Shown here: positions 13,835 to 26,995 of the stretch, in pieces
Position numbering within the stretch: position 1 is the stretch's first letter
Layout of the letters: every line of letters begins with the position of its first letter
DNA from: Podarcis muralis
Taxonomy: Eukaryota
DNA: 64,000 nt
Reading direction: 5' to 3'
NCBI RefSeq assembly: GCF_964188315.1
Contig: NC_135657.1
Coordinates: 37,262,001 to 37,326,000, forward strand
Program-made: the position numbers and the translations under genes
Notes under the pieces: generated by a model
Database searches by the model: none
The model's input: the letters and a program-made list of their open reading frames with translations, nothing else
Told to the model about the DNA's origin: nothing

Positions 13835-14471
13835 TGGTACGCAGGCTAAGACCCTACATGCCCGCAAACTGTCTCGCCAGAGTGGTGCATGCTCTAGTTA
13901 TCTCACGCTTGGACTACTGCAACACGCTCTACGTGGGGCTACCTTTGAAGGTGACCCGGAAACTGCAATTAATCCAGAACGTGGCAGCTAGACTGGTGAC
14001 TGGGAGTGGCCGCCGGGACCATATAACACCGGTTCTGAGAGACCTGCATTGGCTCCCAGTACATTTCCGAGCACGATTCAAAGTGTTGGTGCTGACCTTT
14101 AAAGCCCTAAACGGCCTCGGTCCTGTATACCTGAAGGAGCGTCTCCACCCCCATCATTCAGCCCGGACACTGAGATCCAGCGCCGAGGGCCTTCTGGCGG
14201 TTCCCTCATTGCGAGAAGTGAGGCTACAGGGAACCAGACAGAGGGCCTTCTCGGTAGTGGCGCCCGCCCTGTGGAACGCCCTCCCATTAGATGTCAAAGA
14301 GATAAATAATTACCTGATATTCAGAAGACATCTTAAGGCAGCCCTGTTCAGGGAAGTTTTTAATATGTAACGCTGTACTGTTTTTAACACTGATTGGGAG
14401 CCGCCCAGAGTGGCTGGGGAAACTCAGCCAGATGGGCGGGGTATAAATAATAAATTATTATTATTATTATA
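13835..14471 (+). mobile_element. 5'-truncated L2 LINE (ORF2 C-terminus, 3'UTR, (TTA)n tail)
   Basis: 178-aa open frame ..SRLDYCNTLYVGLP..LQLIQNVAARL..HITPVLRDLHWLPV..RAFSVVAPALWNALP..LKAALFREVF, typical of L2; then GGGAGCCGCCCAGAG UTR and TTA tail. Confidence 0.94.
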
Positions 14472-14639
14472 ATGTGACTATGGAACATATAAAAAGACAG
14501 ATTCTCACTAACTTGTTTACCACTGACATAACACTGGTTGCCCCACTTTCAAACAAAAGGCCCACAAGTTCTTTAAAAATCAGTGAGAGATGTAACTGTG
14601 TCAATCTGTTGCAGGACCATTTTAAAATAGTTTATTGTA

Positions 14640-14881
14640 CAGTGGTACCTCGGGTTAAGTACTTATTTCGTTCCAGAGGTGCGTTCTTAACCTGAAACTG
14701 TTCTTAACCTGAAGCACCACTTTAGCTAATGGGGCCTCCTGCTGCCGCTGCGCTGCCGGAGCACGATTTCTGTTCTCATCCTGAAGCAAAGTTCTTAACC
14801 AGAGGTACTACTTCTGGGTTAGCGGAGTCTGTAACCTGAAGCATATGTAACCTGAAGCGTATGTAACCTGAGGTACCACTG
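14640..14881 (+). mobile_element. Tc1/mariner MITE family A
   Basis: TIR CAGTGGTACCTC / GAGGTACCACTG; TA on both sides. Confidence 0.95.
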
Positions 14882-15566
14882 TATACAAGTAAGTCTTTTC
14901 CTTTTGTGGGCTAGCATATATGTTTGAGCTTTCATTGTATCTGGTATATTACTATAGCTTAATTTTCTTGTCTATGATTAAAAACATCCAAGATGAAAAA
15001 CTTCTAATTCTTGAAAGACGAATCTCTAGAGAAGAATCTTGTCAAGCATGGCTTTTCGCTGATGGGAATAGAAGCAGGAGCCATCTCTCTCAGGGATCAC
15101 AGTTTATCCCAGTACATCAGTGGAAGATTGCTTCCAGAGTGCTTTTTCAGAGTGCTTTTTCTTCCCACTCCTTTCTTCAGCTTCTAAGGACAAAACATTT
15201 CTGGCCTTTCTTTGTCAGACCTTCTACTGTCTGATCAGCCTCACCTGGGGAAAATGTTCTAATCTCCAACTTAATTTCTTCCTTTACTTTTCAGAACAAA
15301 GCAATTTTTATACAAAAATAGTCTTTAGCCCCAAGGATATAGGGTGACATTAACTGCAAATTCTTTTCAGCGGTCTAGAGAATTAATTTCTCTTAAATTA
15401 AGAAATGTTTGAGCTTGGAAACACTGAAGAATCATTTTAGATATCAGATTAATAGGAATAAGAAAAAGAAACAATAAGGATAATGTTCCACACTATTATG
15501 TTTTACAATGGCCATATTGTATATTCACCTTCTATATAGTGATACTTATGCATGAAACAACATATA

Positions 15567-15932
15567 GGTAAAGGTAAAGGTACCCCTGCCCATACGGGCC
15601 AGTTGTGACCGACTCTGGGGTTGCGTGCTCATCTCGCTTAAGAGGCCGGGAGCCAGCGCTGTCCGAAGGCACTTCCGGGTCACGTGGCCAGCGTGACGAA
15701 GCTGCTCTGGTGAGCCAGCACCAGCGCAGCGCACGGAAACGCCGTTTACCTTCCCGCTATAAAGTGGTACCTATTTATCTACTTGCACTTAGGGGTGCTT
15801 TCAAACTGCTAGGTGGGCAGGAGCTGGGACCGAATGACGGGAGCTCACCCTGCCGTGGGGATTCGAACCGCCGACCATACGATCGGCAAGTCCTAGGCAC
15901 TGAGGTTTTACCCACAGCGCCACCCGCGTCCC
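15567..15932 (-). mobile_element. Sauria SINE, full length
   Basis: GGGACGCGGGTGGCGCTGTGGG head and ACCTTT tail on minus; 14-bp TSD TGAAACAACATATA at 15553-15566 and 15933-15946. Confidence 0.96.
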
Positions 15933-16695
15933 TGAAACAACATATAAGTTCTGGTAATTTTTCTGGCCCTGCTACTCTTTTGAAAAATTTAGGCCATTCA
16001 AATAAATCAACAAATGTGGGCAAATTTCTCGGCATGTCCTCTGTTCCTTATAAACTACACTGCTACTTGGAGGTATCACCAGTATGTCGGTACACAACTC
16101 TACCACTCATTTTGGAATTCAAGTTATTTGTATGGGATGTTGGGGTTGTTGGCTACATGTGCTGCGGAAACTCAGTCAAATGGTTAAGCTCACCAAAGGA
16201 AACAGCCATTTAGAAGTGTTGGCCTTTAGTAGGCCAACACCAACGTATACCACTATACACATTATTTACAGATCTTGCAAATAGTCTTCCCTCTCTGAGT
16301 CCAGAGAGGGTTCTTTGCTTCAAAGTCCTTGCTGTGTTAAAGGCCACAGCCACACCCAAAGTTCAATTGCTTTCAAAGTCCTGCAACTGATAGGGTTCTA
16401 AGCTCTGAAGACTGGCAATTTTCCAACTTCGTCCTCCTAAAACCACTTCAAATAATCTTCACTTCAATCCACAGTCCCAAGAGATAGCCTTCAACAATCC
16501 TTGAAATCTCCTACCATGAACTGCACAGTATGCTGTAACCTGAGTTATTTTATATCCAAAGTTACTTGCCAAATCTGCCCGGTAATACAGATAAGGGAGT
16601 CAAAAGATGACTTATTCCCCACGATGCACCTGCAGACATCTCTGCTGATTCATGGAGAATTAACCCATTAATTGTATTCCTTAATGTGGGAGAGG

Positions 16696-16822
16696 TGTGG
16701 GGAACCTTTGGCCCTCCAGATGTAACTGAATGACAATTCCCCTCAGCCTCAAGAAGAAGCATGGCCAATGGCCAGGGATGATGGCAGATGTAGTTCAGCA
16801 ACATCTGTAGGGCCAAAGGTGT
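16696..16822. mobile_element. Degraded URR1-like hAT hairpin MITE
   Basis: acctttggccctccagatgt...acatctgtagggccaaaggt inverted arms; same family as 53738-53873. Confidence 0.6.
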
Positions 16823-17348
16823 AAGAGAAAGATAAAACCAAAAAGATCATCTTAAGTGCCTATATTCCAGTCTTGTAAAATTGTCAGGGATATGAAACCT
16901 TCTGGAGGATATTGGTACACCAGAAGCAACAAGATAAAGTAGGAATATATTATATTAATATGCTGGGACTGATCCTCAGATTGCATAAAGGATGGAATGA
17001 ATTGAAACAATTTCTTTTCTTTGACATGTTTTCATGGGCTCCACAGCTCCAGACCCTTCGAGGAAGATGCATTTAGCCAAGTCTAGTAACATTTGTATGA
17101 TGCAAGTTAACCAGCAAGAAATTAAAATAATCCTCTCTAGTAAACCGCTGGTCGGTTTAATCCGGCCCCTGTGGCAGTTTATTTCCTGAGGTAAAATCCT
17201 AATCAATCCTAAAGGTCAACAACTTTGGTTGGCCCTGTGGTCGGCCCTCACGGCCTTCCACTTAATCAAATCTGGCCCTCTTTGAAAAAAGTCTGGACAC
17301 CACTGAAAGGAAGCTAAGGAAGGAGAAGGGAATCAGTTGAAAATATAT

Positions 17349-17532
17349 GAACATACCAGCCTGTCATATACTAAGTCAGACCTCTGGCTCATCAAGCTCA
17401 GTACTGTCTACATTGAAGGGGTCCAGGGCTGTAGACAGGAATCTTTCCCATTCCTATCTGAGCTATTCAGAGATTGAATGTGGAACCTTCTGCATGCAAA
17501 GCATCTGCTATGCCACTAACATACAACTCTTC
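17349..17532 (-). mobile_element. Degraded tRNA-derived SINE (tRNA-Ala-like head, CR1-like tail)
   Basis: gattgaatgtggaaccttctgcatgcaaagcatctgctatgccact is an antisense tRNA-like head; similar to 54321-54482. Confidence 0.55.
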
Positions 17533-20500
17533 TCTAATGTTCTTAAACACACGAGTTCCCATCTGTTCTGCTTTGTGTTGCAGATCCCTCTGTGGTCAAA
17601 AGAAGCATCATGGAAGGGATGGAGCATGTGCTCTACCACTAAGCTAAATAAACACTAAGGCTTGTTTTTAATTGCTTCACTATCATTTCCTGCCATTTAT
17701 TTATGTTCACTTGTCAGAGGGAATAATACTAGAACGCCAATACTTCGTCACAGAAAGTAACAATAAAAGCAAAGCAAAAATAATGTAAAATCCTCCAACA
17801 CCCTTATGCATTTTCTGATATGAAATCAGAGCAGACTATATTAAGAAAGCCTGTGTCTTTCAATCTTTGTCACCCACAGTAAGCCAGTAACACAAAGGCG
17901 ATTTGTTCCTCTAGCACACCATGAGGACTTCATTCTAAAAGCACACAGGGAAGTCCAACACCATTTTGAAACGATCTCAGCAGAATGATTTATGGGGAAA
18001 TACGAACATGGTTTTCAAAGCAATTTCTTTCTTCTGTGTTCCTAGTGTGCCTGTCATACCTTCTCTTCCCCCTTTTGCTGCCTTTTGTTTTCTAAAGGTG
18101 ACCACTTTGTTTTGTATTCTTTTATCACATTCTACTTCATACAAAGTCCTTGCAGATCTTTAAAAAGAATTTGTCTGAATGGGACCAACTTACTATGTGA
18201 ACATTCTGGGCTTTGGAGAAGTTTCCCCAATGTATAATGCAATGCCCTTTATACAGAGTCCTAAAGGGTTGGAAAAAATCTTCTCTGACCTCTCCATTGT
18301 TGAAGGTTAGTGACCATGGCAGAACGTTTGGCATTTATAGTACCAGGCAAAATATTTTATATCATGCACACGCACACACTTTTACCAAGGTGCAAACAAT
18401 TCAAAAGGTCAACAGAAAGCTAAATATTTGTAGCGCTATACTAGCTACAGATCAAGAGCAACACCAGAGGCCAAGACATATTTTGTATAAGCCCTAATAC
18501 ACATTGAAAGCAGAAATACGGGTATGATCTCACGAACTGCACAAGAAAGAATCTTTGCAGTACTACTAAACCTATTTTATTTTAAACTGGAATTAATGAT
18601 TGCTTAAATTTAAAATCAAACCTCCCAAGTTTGGGAATGCAGAGATCCACAGAACTGATACTCTGTTTATTGCATGCATACTTGCAGAGTAACAAAGCAA
18701 GCTTCAAACATAGCATTCTCAATTTTGGGTCCCTAGGTGTTTCTCGACTACCACCCCTATCATCCCTGATCGTTGGCCATGATGGCTGGGGATGATGGGA
18801 TTTGTAATCTAACACCAACATCTGAGACCCCAAGGCATGGAAAGGCTGTTCTAACAGTTCCCTGGCATGTAAAGTAAACAGGATTTCTGAATGCCACCAT
18901 TTAAGCTTACCATTGAAGAAACAGAATGGGTTCATCCCAATAACAGTTCCAGTTTACAACGATACAATTACAATTATATTATTGCTCCTTCAAAGGGGGT
19001 GTCTTGCTGTTTTTTGATGACAAATCTTAAGTTTTGTGTGCTATCCTCTTCTCACCTAATTTACACATGAGCGAGGATGGAACATGGACAACATGATTGA
19101 CTCCTGGGTGCCTATTTCCTCTTAAGCCAAGTAAGCAAATGTATATCCCATAAGTGCACAACATAACCACTTAGTTCCTAGGCATTCAGGAGGCTTTTTC
19201 AGATGTGGCAGCTGGTGTTTAATCAAGATCCAGAGATTCTCATTACTGTGTGACACACAGCAAGTTGTTGGTTTTCCTTAAGTGGAATATATTTTATTTA
19301 TACTATATAGACGCTTGTGCTGCATGTCATATCCTAACTAATTTGCATTAACACAATATTTAGATTGCCAAGTTAGATGATGGAACTAAAGGTTCAAAGT
19401 TACACGGGAGGTTTTGTTGAAGGGAATCATAACAAATCTTCAGTATTTTGAGTTTCCCATGAACTAGAGGTTTATATTATTCTTTCAGTTCGTGGGAAAC
19501 TCTCAGATATTGTAGCTTTGTTATGATTACCTTCAGCAATCATATGATTACCTTCAGCAAGCAACATTTGTAACACTTGCAGCTACAAAGAACCAAATAA
19601 AAACAAACCAGTTGTGTATACGAAGCACTAAATGCTTAAAATGCTACCACCAAGTGTGACTTAATTCATTTCCATAGGCCTTAAACGGGTGTCAGGCCAC
19701 TTAAGGAACCATAAGCAGATGCTAGGAGAATGAAGGAAGAAATGGAAACAGCGAGACTTCAGCAAATCAGATGTTATAATGGCATGGCACTTTAACATAC
19801 AAATTGTCACTGGCAGCACTTCAGAATCCTGCCTATAGTGAGGGCAGTGTGTAGTGCCCTTGACATGTTCTTCCAACCACATGAGAACCACTTAACTAGG
19901 AGTGTCTTCCATACAGCAACCCTTGACTTGTCTTTCTCTGTAGCTGAAGATTAATATTTTTGTGTCTTTTTCTGACTAGTCAGCTATTTAGTTTCAATAG
20001 CCAATCTGGGATTCAGCACCACAGCATCTGAGACTTGAAGAAGCAACTTAGAGGGTAAGTGGCAAGCAAATGCAGATATAAAAAGTAACCTGCAACGTTA
20101 ACAAAAATGTCCTCCGATTTTATCACTTGATGGAAAAATCAAACTCTTTAGGAAATAATATCCTTTATATCAAGGTCAAACATTTCCATTTTACTACCTA
20201 TTCAGGCAATAGAAAATGTTTCAGAAGAAACAGCCCTGCAACATTTGGGACAAAATGCCTCCCTGCTTTTATTTTAAATGCAGTCCTTTCAATCAATATA
20301 GATCTCCTTTATACTAAAATTAATTATATTAAAACTTTTTGGACATTTTAATACATGATGCACTAGTGTATGGCAATTTCATTTACCAAACCTTATAAAC
20401 ATGTGATAATGATATACTATAAACTACTTTTACCAGTCTTTCAACTCATTAACATTAGCTAGCTAACTAAAAACCTTTTAATTGTAGACGTCTGGTATGA

Positions 20501-21439
20501 ACCAAAAATACTATACCAAGTGCTTTAATATCAAATGTCAGTATCTTTTTATTGCTACCTACTCAGCAATATTATAAGCAGAAAACACCATTCTAACACA
20601 AAGTTAAACCACTGCAATATTGAAAAGTAATAAATAAGAGGTGACATGATAAAATTCTGCAATATAATGCACATGATGAAGCAAAGACATGAGACAAATC
20701 TAGCTGACAATATCAAGGAGAAATTAGGTGCTCTTGTCAATGTCTTGATTTCATCTTCAATTGCCACCTTTTCAAGGAATTCCCTTTTTATCTTCCAACT
20801 TTACTACGGCAGTTACTGATTCCTGATAGCAGGTAACAAAATATTTATACAAGATGCAAAAAATGATGCAGCACTTACACAGATAAAAGAGAGTCGATTA
20901 TTCAAACAAACAGATTCCTACTGAATTTCAATAGATAAAGATCAAAAAACATTTCATAGGATTAACCTACCTCTACTTTCAGAGTAGCACTATTATTCAA
21001 AAACCAAGCATTAGTTTGTTAAGCATTTTCCAGGAACTCCATATTGGTTTTCCTGTGCTGGGATAGAAGGATGTAATTTAACCTTCTTTGATTTATATAT
21101 ATTCCAAAATGAGGAATACTAAGTTATCCAAATCACCTTTTAATTTCATTTTTGAGGAACAACCTTCTATGACCCTTTGAGTGATCTTTTCCTTGCCTCC
21201 ACATTTATATATTGCCTTTCAACAAATAGTTCTAACTAGACTACATGGCAGAATTGGGCGGCAGTTTTAAAACATTTCCTGTTTTCAGTAGGAATGTCAC
21301 AAAGCCTCTTTCTTGAATCTTGTAGGTCTCATTGGACAGATTTAAATGGCTCCTTGTTTTTAGAATTCCTTGTAGAAGAACCTTTTGTAGGTGATGTGGG
21401 AATGATGATGTAAGGAATTTTCTTCACTTCTTTGTTTTC

Positions 21440-21700
21440 GTTTCTTTTTTAGGAATCAGGTAAAGACACATCTCTTCAGACAGGCATTCAGATGAGTGGT
21501 TGAAGTAATTTATTAGTAACTTGTTGCTGCTGCTTGTTAATTGGATGCTACTGATTATTATGAACTATTGGTAACTGTTCTTAACTTTTACATATTATTG
21601 CTATTGTGTTATCTACATGAGTTATGCTATTTATTATGCTGTAAACTGCTATGTAGCCTTTAGATAAAGGGTGGCATGTAAACTTAACAAATATGGGTGG
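21440..21700 (+). mobile_element. Old L2 3' end
   Basis: QVKTHLFRQAF-like terminus (caggtaaagacacatctcttcagacaggcattc) followed by an AT-rich UTR. Confidence 0.5.
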
Positions 21701-21749
21701 GAAACATACCTAGCTAACAGCTTGTGTTTGTAACTGGAAATTAGTCAAA

Positions 21750-21999
21750 CAGTGGTACCTTGGAAGTTGAATGGAATCCATTCTGGAAGTCCATTTGACT
21801 TCCAAAACTTTTGGAAACCAAAGTGCGGCTTCTGTTTGGCTGCAGGAAGCTCCTGTGGTTAATCGGAAGCCACAGAAGACCCGTCGGATGTTCGGCTTCC
21901 AAAAATAGTTCACAAATCGGAACAGTCATTTCCGGCTTTGTGGCGTTTGGGAGCCAAAACGTTTGAGCACTAAGCTGTTTGAAAACCAAGGTACGACTG
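21750..21999. mobile_element. Tc1/mariner MITE family B (family-A-like TIR, unrelated core)
   Basis: CAGTGGTACCTTGG...CCAAGGTACGACTG, TA on the right; left TA mutated to AA. Confidence 0.8.
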
Positions 22000-22194
22000 T
22001 ATTATGTTGCTTCCCAGTAGGCAATGGTGCAATTGGATATGTGCAAGCACCTAAAAAATAAAGAACCTCCAAGTGTCTACTCCCTCTTCCCACATCATTC
22101 TTTAAGATTAAGGCACTTGTGCACTTGTGGCATTACCATCAATTTCTCTCTCTCGCCTTCTCTGCCCCTCCCCCCACCTTTGCTTTCTTCACCA

Positions 22195-22335
22195 TCTAGC
22201 CTGATAGAGAATTCTGGATAACTAAAGAGCTTGCACACACTATCTTGTGATATTTTGGTTGGCCTAATTATGGTATTGCCCCAGTATGCATTTTGTTTTT
22301 GTTTTCTTATGGACCAACACAGCTACCTTTCCTTT
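22195..22335 (+). mobile_element. Degraded Penelope-like terminal repeat fragment
   Basis: gagcttgcacac..gatattttggttggcctaat..ggaccaacacagctac resembles the recalled reptile Penelope terminal motif. Confidence 0.45.
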
Positions 22336-23191
22336 TTGTTCACTTTATATATATTTGCTGGCTCCAATTATTATGACAATTAACACTTCTAAGCCATCCA
22401 CTCCACCAAGTTTTCTGAGCAGCTAACATAATGGTAGGATTAAAAATACGATTCACAATTTGAACAAAAACAGAGCAAAATCACAAAGTAAAAAGCCCAG
22501 CAAAAAGCCAAAGTAAACCTAGCAAACTGGAACTTGGTGCAAAAACTGAAGCACCCAATGAACTGTAATTTTAAAAAGACCTAGAAAAACACACACTCAC
22601 CTGGCACTTGTAAGAGCACAGCGTAGGTGCCAAGTGAGTCTATCGGAGGAGGGCATTTCAAATATTACAATGGCCAAGACCACTTTTAAACCAAACCCAA
22701 TTTCTAAGAGGCTAGCTGAACCATCTCACACTCAGATTAAGAATGGCCTGTTTACATTTATGTAAATCATTCCTACCCAATTATTTCAGCTACTCCACAT
22801 TTTAGCACTTGGAGAAGTTCCGGGACAGAGTAACTCTACTAGATCATTGCTTTTATGATTTCACATAACTTCTACTTGATAAATGTCGGTGACCGTTCAA
22901 AAGACAGTTCTCTGCAAAGTAAAGGTAGAACAATTTACACACCGTCTGTCAGGTCAAGTTTTATTCTAAATATAGATTCTGCCAGAAGCGTGCTAGTGTA
23001 TTTTAAAATACAGTGCACAGTAGAAAAGGTTATATCTAGTGCTAACAAATACTTTCAAAAATAGTTAAATTAATTAATTATTTGTCCAAGTCAGAAGCCA
23101 ATTGGGCAGCATGTTGGAGATTTCAAAATGTGCCAACTCTTTACTTTACATTCATTACCTTAATTTCAGCATCAGGAGAGGCATATGAATC

Positions 23192-23270
23192 CACAGATTC
23201 AAAGAACCATAGAGTTGGAAAGGACCAAGAGGGTCATCTAGTCTATCCCTGTACAATGCAGGAATTTTTT
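23192..23270 (-). mobile_element. CR1 3' tip
   Basis: agaaccatagagttggaaaggaccaagagggtcatctagtc is an antisense CR1 3'UTR and tail. Confidence 0.65.
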
Positions 23271-26200
23271 GCCCAACCTGGGGCTGATCACCTATAATTC
23301 TGATAGAATCTCAATGAGCGCCTTTTATCGGAGTTATTTCACATATTGAAGGGGTGCACCTGAAAGTGTTAGCCACTACAGTGTATGCATTGCTACTAAC
23401 CCCCTTGGTATAGTCATTTTGATCTGTTATTATGGGAATAGTGAGGACCAAATTCTGCATTATTGAGAACAGAAAGAAGTTTGCCATAATCACTGTACTT
23501 ATTTCAACCATAATCAATCACTAAGCACCAAAGGCAAACAGAACTCTGTGTCAATTTTAACTAAGTCACAGATCATTAAGGGCAGCCAAATTCAAACAAC
23601 ACCAGAGCAGAGCAGTGTTCATTTGTCTCGTACAGAATATTATGTTGTAATTATTAGCAAGGGGAGGAGCAGCGTCTTCCCCTCCCAACTTTTGCTGAAC
23701 TATCAACCTCCAAATGTTTGGTAACCAATAATTCACCTCTAGTCCTTTGTAGAACTAATTCAATACAATGCTTGAATTTCCAATAGAGGAAATGGACATA
23801 ACATAGCTTTCACTCTGTAAATTTGTAAGTCACTGTTCAGTCTGCATCTGACAAAAGGAGGCCCTTTGAAGTGTGTGCTGGGTGTAAAATACGGAACGCT
23901 CAATAAAATCTTTCAGAATTTGTGAAATTGGTAGATTTTTACCATAGAGCGGGGTGTAGAACTCTGATCTGTTTAGCGGACTGAAGAAACTTTAAACAGC
24001 CAGACATCCTTGCCTACCTTATAACTGGTATTTGGCTTCAAGAATTGATAGTTATATTTGCATTACTAAAATACGGACAATACAAGGTACTGTACAGCCA
24101 TACTTAAGAAGCCTCCTCTTAAGACAGATTTGATTAAAAACCAAAACGCTTCCTTGAGTGATATACAATACTGAAACACTATTAGTATATTCTGAATTCA
24201 TTAAGGCTGCCTACTTGCTGCAATGGATTTGACAAAACTGAAAGCCTAACAGCTTTTCTATTTTAATGACAGGCCTGATTTTCAAAATAGGAATACATAT
24301 CACTGCATTTTTCATTCTGATCATCCTTTATGAGTAATTAAGATCCCAATACAATTCTCTTTTTTTAAAGTAGCTTTAACTATGAAAGCTAGCTAGCTCT
24401 CTATAAATATGATATTTTAAACAGACGTCAGAAGCAGGCTAGTAAATCAGCAAATTGAGGTGAGGGCAGCAAAATGATTCTCTGTATCATTAAGGTAGCA
24501 CAGCCAGTTTCCTATGTCAGCACTTCCAAGAATTTAATGGTGTTTCAGCTACATAGATTTAGAAAATGGGGGTGGGGTGGGGGTGTTGTAAAAAAAAGTT
24601 GGATATTATAATAAAAATCTGCAGCTTTTGTCTGTCAGGCAAAAGCAGGTTTAAATCATGCATCAGAGAAACGTGGAGGCTTATCTGGCCTAATTCTGTC
24701 CAGCCTGGGCTTCCTATTACTTTGCCTTTTCAAAAACCCAGCCGTAACATAAAGCATTACCCTGCCTTATACAAAAGTTAAACAGGCTCAAGTCACTACA
24801 CAAGCTATGATACAGGGGTTGTGATCCAGGCTTTGGCATCTTCAGGCAACTCCTAGGACAAGCCACCAAATTCATACCTCACTGCCTCAACCCACACCAA
24901 ATTCTGTCTAACCAGAAGATCGGATAAGGAACAAGGAAACAAAAGACATGCATCAAAGCAAACTGGAAGTAAGGAATCAGCAGGCATTTATTTAAAGGGG
25001 TCAATTCAAGTTTATTTACTTTTTGCCATAACTACAAAGTGACTCAATGTATGCAGCGATTGCAAAAATGCATTAGAAATCTGTGGGAATGGCATGAAAA
25101 GCAAGAAGCACCCTGCATACAAGTTTCTAGTTTGCAGGGCAATATTAGCTCACCATATATGCACATGCACGTCTCTGGTGTCAATTGCCATTTACGCTGT
25201 GTTGCCATAGAAACCTTAAGACAAGTTGTGAAGATCACAAGCTGTCAAAACTAAATAACTGAAAACTGGCAAAGGGAAGATGATAGCTTAACTGCAATAG
25301 CACCAAGAATTCCATTAATTGTACAGTTAAATGATGCAGGCTTATCACAGACACAGGTGCAATTTAAATCAAAATGTTTTTAAAATCCACATTAATGAGC
25401 ATTTATTCCAGCATGCCTGTGTAAATTTCAAAACACGAAAAGAGCTGAATGATCAGAATAAACACTTGTGGTATTTTGCTAAAGCATAACCCTAAACATA
25501 TTGTTTTTTGTGAAATTTATACTCAGTAATATATGACCTAAGCGCAAATTCTGTAAAACTTTATTGAGCATTTAGTATTTCTGCCAGGAAGAGACAAGTA
25601 GCTGTCATTTGCAAAACCTGGCCCTATAAGCAGTGGTTAAGATTAAGAGCTACCACTATTGAAATCTCTCTTCAAAGCTTTACCAAGACTGTATTTAAAA
25701 CTAAATTCTCTTATGTTTTAACAACTGTGTTCTGTCTTTCACAAAAAGAAATTACAGAGCCAAAGCATAAGTTCCCATGCAAGTAAATAAATCCAGCAAC
25801 TATTCATGTGTATACATATAGCCCTCAAACCTATTCTCCTTATAGAACTCAGGTGTAATTCAGCTATGCTTTACTTAGAGTAGACCTATTGATATTAATG
25901 AACATGTCCAAGTTAGGTCCACTAATTTCATTTGGTCTACTGTGAGTAAAACTTGGTTGATTATCATCACTAATACAGAACCAACCCATTCCAGCTCCAC
26001 AGCTATTAAAACACAGACATATTGATGAGCTGAGTTGTTGTTTATTTAATATCTGTATTTCGCTTCTCCAACAACAAATGTTGAGCTCAAAGCGGCTCAC
26101 ATCACAACAGCATTTTTTAAAAAGTAACTGCACTGAACTAAAAACAAACTGAGATTTAAAAATGTCTGAATGAGAGGTATTGTCCATTTGATCAGCCTAT

Positions 26201-26389
26201 TATATACAAAAAGTGAAAACAAATGCTTGCATTGACTAGGGGGAAAGCTTTAACACATGTTTTTGAAAACAGTCTCACTTCCTGCCCTCAGTTTTACTTT
26301 ACACAGCCTGCTTCCAGAATATTATTATTAAGAATAACAATAATAGCTTAAAGTACAATGGCATTGTGCTTGCTCTTCCCTTTGCTATA

Positions 26390-26615
26390 CAGTGGTACCT
26401 CAGGTTAAGAACTTAATTCGTTCCGGAGGTCTGTTCTTAACCTGAAACTGTTCTTAACCCGAGGTACCACTTTAGCTAATGGGGCCTCCCACTGCCACCG
26501 CACCGCTGCCACGCGATTTCTGTTCTCATCCTGAAGCAAAGTTCTTAACCCAAGGTACTATTTCTGGGTTAGCAGAGTCTGTAACCTGAAGCGTCTGTAA
26601 CCCGAGGTACCACTG
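26390..26615 (+). mobile_element. Tc1/mariner MITE family A
   Basis: Perfect 12-bp TIRs; TA TSD. Confidence 0.95.
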
Positions 26616-26671
26616 TATAATGACTTGCAAGCATAAGATAAGAAATACCCACTGGCCTGATCATACATAAC

Positions 26672-26995
26672 ACCAAACCATGGCTTAGCATAAACCTGGC
26701 ATGTGTGGGACTCTCAGAAAGACATTGCAGCCACTTTCCTCTTCCTTCATTTGCTCTGCTGCTGTGTGCTGAGCTAAGGCTTGGTTTGACTTAACCAAGG
26801 GCTCACGTGTAGCTTTCCCACACAAACCATGAGCTGCAAATCCTAGGACAAACCGTGGTTACAGCTCATAGTTTGTCTGGAGACAGCTAAACCACAAGCC
26901 TGAGGTCAGATGACACACACTAAGCTAAGCCATGGCTTCCTCTTCGAGAGGTTGCACATTTACTTGTGCATGCTAAGCTATGATTTGGCTTAACC
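26672..26995. repeat. Unclassified palindromic dispersed repeat (AAACCATGGCTTAG-type)
   Basis: aaaccatggcttagc start, gctaagccatgg and ctatgatttggcttaa at the right end, CCTAGG-centred palindrome; homologous to 4230-5075. Confidence 0.55.

Noticed and set aside
13834-14370. 178-aa ORF as a host gene
   Set aside because: It is the C-terminus of L2 ORF2 in a 5'-truncated copy with an L2 UTR and tail.
15605-16213. 202-aa ORF
   Set aside because: It runs antisense through a Sauria SINE into flanking DNA; no protein family is recognisable.
22601-22639. Possible 39-nt in-frame cassette exon (AG...CAG|GTGAGT) in intron 1
   Set aside because: The acceptor is weak, it would split the N-terminal zinc-binding motif, and such sites are expected by chance in 41 kb; no supporting evidence.
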